A DNA stretch of 63,692 bases, counting the filler, from Collodictyon triciliatum (Eukaryota): the NCBI GenBank assembly GCA_043381765.1. It is 9 parts of 9 records of this genome, joined end to end, with 100 filler letters (N's around TTAATTAATTAA, not from the genome) between each part and the next. Parts side by side here need not be neighbours in the genome. Positions count along the whole stretch, not along the records: positions 1 to 7,401 come from JBHJMP010003917.1; positions 7,502 to 14,897 come from JBHJMP010003918.1; 7 more parts are not named here. The stretch is one strand, 5' to 3'. The number at the start of each line of letters is the position of its first letter. Within the stretch, counting starts at the first letter, position 1. Under the pieces are notes generated by a model, which did not search any database, was not told where the DNA came from, and worked only from the letters and a program-made list of their open reading frames with translations. Of this stretch, positions 1 to 10,700 are shown piece by piece. The translations under genes were made by a program, and so were the position numbers.

Positions 1-176
1 TTTTTGTTTTGTTTTCTTTTTTGTTTTGTTTTCTTTTTTGTTTTGTTTTCTTTTTTTGTTTTGTTTTCTTTTTTGTTTTGTTTTCTTTTTTTTGTTTTGT
101 TTTGTTTTGTTTTGTATTTTGTTGTAAGTTTTCAACTAGGTTGGGCAAGTGGTTTAAAAAATGGCTGTGTCTCTAC

Positions 177-384
177 CTTGACTAGTAAAGGCCAGATGTG
201 TTTGTGTGAAGACAGTTCTGTATAAAGAAAGTCTTGTTATCCAGACCTTTCCATAACCATATGCTGGCGTTAGGATAGAGTAGTTCCGTCGCCGATGCAA
301 GCGGCTCATTGTTTGTGCTACCACCTCATATAATTCCTTGCCTTGCCGATCAAAAAGGAATCTGCCTCTTGTCCATTCACTCAT
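177..384 (-). CDS. Possible first exon of a hypothetical gene, truncated by the window/contig start
   Basis: ATG at 384 opens MSEWTRGRFLFDRQGKELYEVV...AFTSQ in a GC-richer island, ending at a plausible donor CAAG|GTAGAG. No recognisable domain. Confidence 0.35.
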
Positions 385-1774
385 TGATTTGGTTGTTTGG
401 TTTTTTTTGTATCGTTTTATTTTTCATTCTTTTTCGTTTACTTGCTAATTAATTGTTGTGCAATATATCTAAATATCCATCTTTGTTCATATTTATGACT
501 AGAATGAGCTATCCTAATGGGCTATGTAAGAAAAAAATGAGAAAATTATTTGTAGGTGTATCTAAAGTCTCGCCACGATAACAAGCCCCACTTAGTGTAT
601 TAATTTTGAAGTGATTTATTTGGGCATCTGCTATAAGTTTACATGTCCTTTTCAATTTATTCGATATGGTCCTGAAAGGTTTACCTTTTTCATTCGGATT
701 TTTTAAAAAAAGAATCAGTAATTGAAACGCCCCACTCTGTATCTCAAGGAGTTTGATGTTAAAAATATTACAAACTACTATTCAAACATCATTAGAAATT
801 CAAATCACTTAGAGTAATTGCGTAGATATTAGACTGAAACATGTGTGTTGACTTCTTTTTTAATATAAATATATATATTCATAAGAAATATTTAGGGACT
901 TGGGCAGTCAAGATTCAGACACTAAGATTGAACTTATAGAGATAATCCAACTTAAAGAATTATCCAGTTATCTATTTTACGGAAAATACAGAAAATCATG
1001 CCTCATTTACTTTAAAAAATAAAATGTGAATTATTACATTAAATATGACATTAGCTCAATACATCAGTCGCACAAAAGGTATGGCATGGTTGTATGTAGC
1101 TGAGGATAGTAAATCTCTCTTCTAAATCGCATCATACGCATAAAATATAACCATTATCACAAGCTATCACATAATAAGTTGAATTTACAAAAATTCATGG
1201 ATATATTTTATTTAGAAAAAAAATCGAACAAATAATCCGAAAACGTTTCAATTATACGTTTTCAACCATATGAACAGCGGCTATGAGTGGTTCTCTCTAA
1301 AAGAAAAAACATATAATATCATATTTTGATCCAGTAATGATTTAGTAATTTTCTAACGATCTAAGAATGTGAACTCACGGTTCATGATATCATTCAAACT
1401 TCGTTGAATATTCTTATTGACTATAAGATTGAACTATTCACGCAAAATATGTGTGCCATTAGAGATAAGATTAATATTATACACTTCAATTTCTGGAAAG
1501 AAACATGCATACTTTGATTCTTCCTTGTCATCCCACTACATTCTTTTCTGTTAACATAGCCAAGAAAATATTTTTTATAGGGTGTAACTTAAAACCATAA
1601 ATATGAATTGTCCCATTAAATTTGTAATTTTTTAATTGAGAATCTACTTTATGGAAAAATTACACTATAGGCTTCTTGTAAATATATTATAAATTGTATA
1701 AATCCCTGAATCCAACCTCTATATGCAGACTTTTTATTATAATATATCATGTTTACCTTTTTTTATTTATATTT

Positions 1775-1832
1775 ATCATATATACCGCATTCTTTGAATC
1801 GAATAAAGGGAGGAAAATCATTCACACCACAT
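1775..1832 (+). mobile_element. Micro-insertion copy 1 (TCGAATAAAGG family) with diverged flanking direct repeat
   Basis: Insert 1791-1816 TCTTTGAATCGAATAAAGGGAGGAAA between ATCATATATACCGCAT (1775-1790) and ATCATTCACACCACAT (1817-1832), 12/16 identical. Confidence 0.6.
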
Positions 1833-1903
1833 AAACAATCATACAAAAAAAAAACTCAAATATACAAAACGTTACTAAAATTACATTCTTTCTATTTAAG
1901 AAT

Positions 1904-4900
1904 ATGAAGCAATTTATGCTTTTCCTTGTATTACATGCTTCGAATATCTTAGCCACAGATTTCTTTTTTAGAATGAATCAGAGGTATTCCCCTTACAAGA
2001 TATTTTAAATAGAATATATAAACACCCTAAATTGAATTATAAAATCATGTCTGCCATACAACCAAATAATCTATACAATAGTCCTTCCAAACAGTGGTGT
2101 GGCCGTAAAAGAATTTCCATACTACAGTGAGAATTTTTTGTAAACCATAGTAATCTTCACAAATTCTGTGCATAAAAATATTTTTCCTTTTTAACCTTTT
2201 TTAAAAAAATGTTAATTTGGGAATCTACCTTTACTATTGTGTGCATAAATTTTGCAGACACCAAATACTGGCAGTAGCCCTTATTCCAGCAATGCTATTG
2301 ACAGTATCTCCCATAGTGCATGAACCATTTGATAGGTATTATCTAAATTGCTAATATTATATATACGGATCATGTATGTAATTACGAATAAATACAGGTG
2401 CCAGTACTCAAGAGATGAGCTACTATCCATGAAAATTGAGGATGCTTTTCAAATCCTTCTAACCTTGTTCGATGATACTTGCCCATGGGTCTCTGATAAA
2501 ACCAGTAAGTAAAATTTTTACAAATAAAAAAGTATTATAAATAACGCAATCTTTTTCAAAACAGTATTACTAAAGGAGTAATAGATCGTAATTTTGATTT
2601 AATTAAAATAACTGAAGTTCATCACATTTCTCAGTTATAAAATTAAAATGTTAAACAGGCAAAGAGTTGATTTCAAATCACGATGTAAAGTGGAGAAGCA
2701 GTGAATTAATATCATATCAGTATGAACTTCTTGTCCAATTATACGACTTGTTTAATGGAGATGATTGGTATAACAACTATGGATGGAAGAATAATAGTAT
2801 TCCTATTTGCGAATGGTTTGGAGTAGAGTGCTATAATTATTGTTCAAATGATGATTACATGGTAAAGATATCAAATTTTCCTTCAATAAAAAAGAATTCA
2901 CTCTCACCCTTAGCAAATATTTACGTTTCTCTTCTTTGATAACTTTTGTCACAATTTATTTTTTGATAGGATAACATGTGCCCTTTGATTGGATTATGGA
3001 TGTCAAGCATCAATATATGTGGCAATATCGAAGCAGCATCTCCTATATTCGAACAACTTCCCCTCCTTTCTTCCATAGATTTGAGTTCTAATAGGATTTA
3101 CGGGAACTTGTTGGATTTTAATGTGCCGAATCTCGCTTTCTTGGATTTATTTGGGAATAAAATCACTGGAACTATCCCAAATTTTCGATGGATTCATAAC
3201 ATTAACCATCTGGAGATTGACGGAAATATGTTAGAAGGTACCATTCCTGATTTCTCTGATATTCCGAAAACGACAACCCTGTGGATTGGATCAAGTCAAA
3301 AGATCACAGGTTTTTGTTGTTTCTCATTTTCTCTCCTACATGGTGAACTATAATGCAATTTTAAAACCACTATTACTATTCAAAATAAGTCTAGCCTGTA
3401 TAGAAAATTTTTGAGTAATTCATAAAATACGTAGGAAACCTGATAGATTTCTCAGGTTTGCCGAGTCTTCAGCTACTTGGAATTTACAACAGCGAGGTGT
3501 ACGGTTAGTTTTCTAAATACATACGAGATGAATTTAGTCAGATCATTTCTCGAATTATTTGAAGGAACTCACTCATTTAATAATAAATCAGGAACAATCC
3601 CACAGTTCAATGATATCCCTAAAGTTGAATTTATCTATCTATATAATAACCAAATCACTGGTAAGTACTTTATTTAAGCTTGATATAATTAAATTTTCTA
3701 AATATTTTATACCTAGGGACGGTCCCAGACTTTATTTTCATTCCTAAAGCGAGATTGATATATCTCTACAATAATCGATTAAGTGGTACGTATTCCATTA
3801 AATCCAATTATATTTATTCCTAAGCTAATATATACGCTGTCATCAAAGGAACAATTCCAAATTTTCGTGGCATTCCAGATATACGTTATCTCAGTCTTTA
3901 CAGCAACTATCTGATTGGTAGAATTTTTTTCCTATTTGTTGACTATACTTACCAGTCCTTTTTTCAAATATTTCTTCCAAGATGAATTAAAACAAAAATT
4001 CTCGTATATCCTATCTTTATCAGTGTAATAATTATTTCTGACCAAATATCATAAAACTTGATTTTGGTATGAATAATAATCGAATAAAGGAAAAAAATTG
4101 GTATCAATAAAAAGTTTCATTTGCACTTTTCTTTTTATTAAAGGAAGTATCCCAGATTTCAGCTTTATCCCAAATATTGAAGAGCTAAGTCTCTTTAGTA
4201 ATGAATTGGTTGGTAAGTTGCATATGTTTCAGAATAATCTTGTGTATTGTTATCTTCACTTAACAAAACCAATAGGAACGGTTCCTGATTTTAGCAACAT
4301 TCCGTATCTTTTTGAACTTTACATTTACAGCAACAGACTTACTGGTATGCACTATTTTTATGCTTTGAATCGAATAAAGGAAAAATGCACTATTTTATCA
4401 AAATTTTGTCTCCTTCACTGATTTAATTTACTGCAGGTAATGTACCAGATTTTAGGTCTATTGCGAATGTTGTGAATATTTACATTCACGGAAATCAACT
4501 TACCGGTAATTAAACGCAATTTCGTAGCACTGAATTTTCTCTTTAATTTATTTTTTATTCATATAAATAAATGAATGTATTATACGTCTCATGCAAAATT
4601 TAATATATGATTGTAGTAAATTTTGTGCAACAATATGTCTTTATAGCATCAACTTATTGAGTTGTTTTAGGAACCGTTCCTGACTTCACTCACGTGTTGA
4701 ATGTTGAAAGAATTCTACTCGATGGCAATCAATTGATAGGTGAATTCATATTTCCAGATAGATTTTGCATATAAATACACTCTTATTTGTCCCTTTATTA
4801 ATTTATTTTCTACAGGAACAATTCCGGACTTTCATTGCATATATTATCTTCAATGGATAAATTTGTTTGCCAATCGGTTGAGTGGTTTGTGTAATTTTTC

Positions 4901-7230
4901 CACGAAAACGAGGCATTTTATATTCATTCTTAATTTAAAGAAAAATTATCTTAGGAACGATTCCTTACTTCAGTAAAACCCCAAATATTCAAATCATCAA
5001 TATAGATGGAAATGAACTTAAAGGTGGTTATTATACTCAGTAAATTTCCCAAACCTCCCCCCCCCCCCCCCCCCCCTTTATATTTAATTCAACAGAAAGG
5101 GCCCTTCTGAAGCAAAAGTGTGATGGAAATACAATTTGCTGTCTAATACTTGTCACGTAATAGGAACAATTCCAAATTTCTACAATACAACGAATCTTGA
5201 ATACTTTTCAGTATATGACAATCAAATAGTAGGGACTGTTCCGAATTTCGAAAACTGTCCTCAAATAAAGGACATAGTATTATTTAGAAATAATATAAAT
5301 GGGACCCTGCCTTCTTTGAAATCGACGAGGCTTGCTAAACTAGATTTTAGTGAAAATCAAATCGCAGGGTCGATACCTCAAGATTGGTTTATTCCGTCTA
5401 TCGAATACATAGATTTATCCAGAAACGAACTCAACGGTACTATCCCCAATAATTTTGGAGATTTCATCCAACTAAAGTCACTCACTCTCTCACACAACCA
5501 ATTATATGGAAGTTTACCAGTTAACTTTTGGAATTTACCCTCTCTCATATCCATCGATTTAGTAAATAACATATTTTCTGGAGATATTGGTATTTTTCTT
5601 GTGCCTGCCACTGGAAATTACAAATACAATTACGAAAGTCTATTCGTTGATGATAATAAACTGTACGGGGAGCTTGACTGGAGAATTTTTAATTTTGTGA
5701 GTAATATAAAAACTTTGAGCTTAAAAAACAACAACATCACAAAACTTGGTGAACTCACTGGATTATTGAAGTGGAAGTCTATCGAATTATTTGGAAATCC
5801 CTTGAATGGAAATATTCCTGAATCATTTCGCGGATTTTTGAAGCTTGAATACTTGGGCTTAAATAACACTCTTATGAACCATGGAGTAGCAAACTTTCTC
5901 CCAGATTTTATGAACTATACAACAATTTACAGCTTGGAGTCTGAAACAAAGCATTACTTTTGTCCTTCTATTGAAGCAACGTCAGGTCTTGTTGGAATGA
6001 GTGTTGATTTAAGTCCGAGATACTATGATTATGAATTTTGCAAATGTTTGCCAGGATATTTCGGGTTTAGGAACAACTGTATTCAATGCCCCAGAGAGTG
6101 TCAATGTCTAGATGGACTATCTCTGAATTATTGCCACACTTCCCCAAACACTGTTGAGGTGAAATTCATCATTCCTTGCCCCCGACCAGAATCGTGCACG
6201 TCATCCGTCCCTAAAAAGGCTTCCTCATCGAACATTACATCAGAGTTTACCATACTATGTGAAGAGGGCTATGAAGGGCGCGCATGCTCAAAATGTCTTC
6301 TTGGTTATGGAAGACAAGGGCGATTATGCAGCAAATGTGATGAAGGGATTATATACTCGACTTTGATTTTAGGGTTGATTGGGTTTTTCTTTTTCATCGT
6401 GTATTTGTATTACGCGGAAACCTCAAGCTCTGGTAAGTTGTTTTCCATTCCTTGTCTAAACCCTATCATGTAATTGATTAAATCAAAATGAAATGTAATT
6501 TTTATTTGAATATTTTCATAATCACAGCCGAGCTAAGAATCATTCTGATTCACATGCAAACCTTGTCCGTTATCTCTTCTGGCCTGATTCAGTCGGAAGA
6601 TGCCGAAAAATTCATCGATGTTACTTCATCAATCGGCTCGATTCAACTTCCCAATTTTTCATGTGTTTTTCAAATAAATGATGTTTTTGATTCCCTCATA
6701 TTCAGTTTTGCCAGAATCCCATTATTCACTATTGCTGGTTTGATATTATATCATTATGGACGAGGTCACTCACAAAATAAGGTAATTATTTTTTTTCCTT
6801 TATTCGATTCAAAGAAAAAATAAGGTAATTATATTCTTTATCGAATAAAGGGGAAATGGGAATTATATTCTTTAAGTAGATTGCATATATAAACTGTACC
6901 TAATCTTTCTTGGGATAATAGGCGGTTTTTATCACTCTGAATCTCCTGTTTTTTATATACTACTCTGTTGCAAGAGAACTCTTTGGTGTTTTTGGATGCA
7001 CCATTTATGATTACGGAGAAGGCAATTGGTACATGAACTATGCTCCCTGGGTTCAGTGTAGTCCAATATCCCATGAATATAAGAAATTAATTATTATTTC
7101 TGTCCCAGTTTTTATCTCGTTTTTGGTCGGATTGCCGTGCTTTGTTTTGTGGAAAGTCAAAATCATGTTTGAAAGGCCGGGGTATGAACCGAAAGCTCGA
7201 TACGGTTTTTTGTACTTGCCGTTCAAGGAG
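1904..7230 (+). CDS. Leucine-rich-repeat receptor-like membrane protein (signal peptide, LRR N-cap, about 20+ LRRs, Cys-rich EGF-like region, multi-pass TM domain); 3' partial
   Basis: Phase-consistent GT-AG exon chain from ATG 1904 (MKQFMLFLVLHASNILA). LRRNT-type cap DDWYNNYGWKNNSIPICEWFGVEC (2659-2861), LRR exon 2970-3309, ten 69-nt LRR exons (3435-5023). Exon 5164-6432 has LxxLxLxxNxLxGxIP repeats and CEEGYEGRACSKCLLGY followed by a TM helix. TM exons 6528-6781 and 6922-7230 end RYGFLYLPFKE. The contig ends before a stop codon. Confidence 0.9.
4064..4110 (+). mobile_element. Micro-insertion copy 2, intronic
   Basis: Insert 4077-4097 TAATCGAATAAAGGAAAAAAA between TTGGTATGAATAA (4064-4076) and TTGGTATCAATAA (4098-4110), 12/13 identical. 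Confidence 0.75.
4347..4398 (+). mobile_element. Micro-insertion copy 3, intronic
   Basis: Insert 4362-4384 GCTTTGAATCGAATAAAGGAAAA between ATGCACTATTTTTAT (4347-4361) and ATGCACTATTTTAT (4385-4398), differing by one T indel. Confidence 0.8.
6774..6832 (-). mobile_element. Micro-insertion copy 4; its direct repeat duplicates a splice donor
   Basis: Insert 6790-6816 reads TTCTTTGAATCGAATAAAGGAAAAAAA on the minus strand, between exact 16-bp repeats AAAATAAGGTAATTAT (6774-6789, 6817-6832). Confidence 0.85.
6827..6874 (+). mobile_element. Micro-insertion copy 5, abutting copy 4 in the opposite orientation
   Basis: Insert 6841-6860 TCGAATAAAGGGGAAATGGG between exact 14-bp repeats AATTATATTCTTTA (6827-6840, 6861-6874). 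Confidence 0.8.
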
Positions 7231-7401
7231 GTAATTACCATATATGTACCGATTTACTCTTGTTACTCGAATGGGCAGATATTGGATTTACTCCCACTCT
7301 TTTGTTTGTTTGTTTTTTGTTTGTTTGTTTTTTGTTTGTTTGTTTTTTGTTTGTTTGTTTTTTGTTTGTTTGTTTTTTGTTTGTTTGTTTTTTGTTTGTT
7401 T

Positions 7402-7501
7402 NNNNNNNNNNNNNNNNNNNNNNNNNNNNNNNNNNNNNNNNNNNNTTAATTAATTAANNNNNNNNNNNNNNNNNNNNNNNNNNNNNNNNNNNNNNNNNNN
7501 N
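7402..7501. other. Artificial contig-joining spacer
   Basis: 44 N + TTAATTAATTAA (stops in all six frames) + 44 N. Confidence 0.98.

Positions 7502-7573
<72 letters not shown>
7502..7573. repeat. (GA)n microsatellite at contig end
   Basis: Direct reading. Confidence 0.95.
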
Positions 7574-7577
<4 letters not shown>

Positions 7578-7755
7578 ACGCCACCTCGGGTTGTATGAAG
7601 CAGCCTCGAATATCTTATCGTGTATGGATGAAATAATTCCAGGAAGATACCGGTAACTTATGCAGTCTTGGAAATAAGATAGAAAAGGCCATTTTATTAT
7701 CACTCCCTTTGTTATGTAGAATTTTTGTATCCTTCTACCAACCTTGTGGCGTTCC

Positions 7756-10700
7756 TTAATCATAATCTATACCAGTCAGTTCCGAGTGGCTACGCAGGCG
7801 AGAAAATGCTTCTTTGTCACCTAGTGAAGCTGCCTTTTGATAAAATTCTATCGCTGTGTCTACACTCTTTCGAACACCGAATCCTTTCATATGGCAGTCC
7901 CCAAGAGAGGTAAGTGCCGGGACGTAGCCCGAGTTTGCAGCTATCGTAAAGCTCACAAATGCCTGCTCTGGATTAAGATATTTTGGAAAACTAGCATAAA
8001 TTAACCCTAGATTCCACCAAGCACACCCCGTTCCGAAAGATGCAAGGGCATGTATGCGGTTGACTGCGTCACTAACACCATGTTTCACGGAGCTACGATA
8101 CATCTCACATGCTTTTTCGACATTCATCGGCACACCAAATCCTTTTTCAAGATATTCTCCGTACAGATACTCTGACTCTCCGTGAGCTAGAGAAGCTGAT
8201 TTGAATAGCCACTTGTGTGATTCTTTTGGATCGACCCTCGTACCGATTCCTTCTTTGTAGCATTTGGCCAACAAGTTCTGGGTCCTAATTGACCCGTTAG
8301 CGAAATCATCCAGATCCCCGATCGACTGCAGTGAATTTGATTCGATGAGCTCTGCCATATCTTGAATACCTCTCTTGCAGTTTCTTCGGGCTGAACGATA
8401 AATTGCATCAAAAGCCGGTTTACGATCACATTTGGCATGGGTAATGAGGGCTTCTCTGGCTTTGGTGAATCCTTGCTGAGCCAACCTTGATGTGATATGA
8501 AATGCCTCTGGTATGCCTTTGATACACAGACTTTTCAGCTCAGCCAAGGAAGGTTCATATCCCCTTTGAGCTGACAGCTCATACCATCTACAGCCTTCTT
8601 CATAGTTCAGGACGCCATGCCTTTCCTTGGAGTAGTAATCTCCAAGGGCCTTCTGAACAAACAACAAGCCTTTAAACCCAATTTCACGAATCCTATCCAA
8701 CGCTCTAGAATATGCATTATCTTTCAAAATCCTAAACAATGACTCTAAACACTCTCTACTTCCCATCTGACCTCCCAAAGAATAAAGTTCAACTGATTCT
8801 TCCAAGTTCTTCTCATCTTTCAGGCCTTCATATAGCTTACCTAGTTCATAAAGAGCTGGTACATATTTCATCTTTGCAGCATTCTTTAACAAATCTGTCC
8901 GGCTGTCCAATATTTTTTGGTCTTTTGAATACTCCACCAAATTTGCAGCTTCGAACTGCATGCAAGGCACACTCAGTGTCAAAAAAGGCTCAATAAGACT
9001 CAACGAGCTTTTTCCGATTTGCAAGCTGCATAAAGTTCTACTCCGGTCGCTTACAATTCGATAAGTGGACCACACATCAAAGTATTCAATAGCATAGGCA
9101 AAGCATTCTATGGCTTCATTGAATCTCCCTAGTGATAGGCAATACTCACCATAAAAGGATACACATGTAATCCCCCATATTGATTTTACAACTCTGTTAC
9201 GAACATATAAATCTTTAAGGAGCTTATCAAATTCCTTATCAAAGGGAATCTTATGTCTCAGAATCCTGTCAATCTCTTGAACTACTTCGAACTCATAATT
9301 TCCATGGGCCAGTTGGGGGTGTATAGTGAAAAGCATTCGCATGAGCAAGTGGCAACCATAATGAAGTGGTTGTAATTGAATACAAGAGCGAACAATTTTG
9401 AAAGACAAGATGTACTTTCCGATGCTAAAGCACTCAAGCGCTCTCTTGAAAGTGATAAATATATCCCTCTTCAAAATTTCAGGTAAATTAGATAGCATTA
9501 AGCCATTTCTGTCATATTGTTGATAAGTGTTGACGAATTTTCGACGGGAAGTAGTATTTTCGATAAAATAGGTTGAATCTGGGGGAAATACATCAGATGA
9601 ATATCCATCATATGAGCTCTGCTGAGAACATTCCGGTGAAAATGAGCTCGAGCCATCAATCACCTCGGTTGTATTAAGCTCTGATTTGTAAACACCAATA
9701 GAATCAAAATACGATGCAATGTCCTTCAACGACGAATGATCTTGAGCCGCTAGCTTGGCCAAATCATTCCTATCTATTAGTTCCCCATTCAAAAAAGCGC
9801 GTCTTTTAACTTCCCAAATAACTTCACTCTGTTCCAAGAATTCTTTCTGTTGGTCATATATTTGAGATAACTTTAAAAGGCCATATCCGTATTCCAGAAT
9901 GCATAGCTTTTCCATCAAAGGCAAACACTCTCTGTCTCCTAGGATATATCCCATGTAATATAAATCAACAGCTCTGCTGGTACTTTGCTCCACGCAATGA
10001 CCTTCATAATAGCATAAACCTAGGTAACGGAAGCTGCTTGGATCAGATTTACTATTCAACCTCTCCAACCTTGTAATAGCTTCGACAATACCAGACTTTG
10101 CAGCCTTAAAATAATACTCGCCGGCTTTCTGGGGTTGAGAATACGTTGAACGGTATTCCGTATCCAATATCTCTGCAAACAAAAAAATCGCTTGACTGAT
10201 GCCGTAACCCGCTAATACTTCAAGTTGCTGGACTGCAGGTTCGTACTTTTCCAAAGCGGCCTTGTAATAGCACTGTGCTGCATCGTAAAAGTTTTGTTCT
10301 ACACAATGACCAAGCTCAAAACACACTCCTTTGTAATACATAGCTGATGGAACTCCGGCATTGGCATGATGTTCTATCTTTGAATATCCCTCTTGATTAT
10401 TCATAGATGCACATCGATGATATTTTTCTACGGCGATGTTCAAGTCTAATGAGACGATTACACCAGTTTCATAAAGCATTCCCATAGAAATTATGGCCTT
10501 AATGTGACCTTTTTCCTCCATTTTGACGAGTTTTGTCAGTGCTTCTTTATGGCCTTGTTTCGCAGCAGTTAAATACCAATCGATTGCTGTATACCAGTCT
10601 TGCTTAACACAGAGCCCATTTGTATAAGCATCACCTATGTACACAATTGCAGATGCAAAGCCACCTTGAGCTAATTCATGGATTGCATCAAATGACGGTT

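Noticed and set aside
3435-5023. CRISPR-like repeat/spacer array
   Set aside because: The repeated units are protein-coding exons with GT-AG boundaries and codon-level divergence, not identical direct repeats, and there are no cas genes.
7446-7457. TTAATTAATTAA recurring at ~7.5-kb intervals as a biological periodic repeat
   Set aside because: It is always centred in exactly 44+44 N, so it is an artificial six-frame-stop linker.
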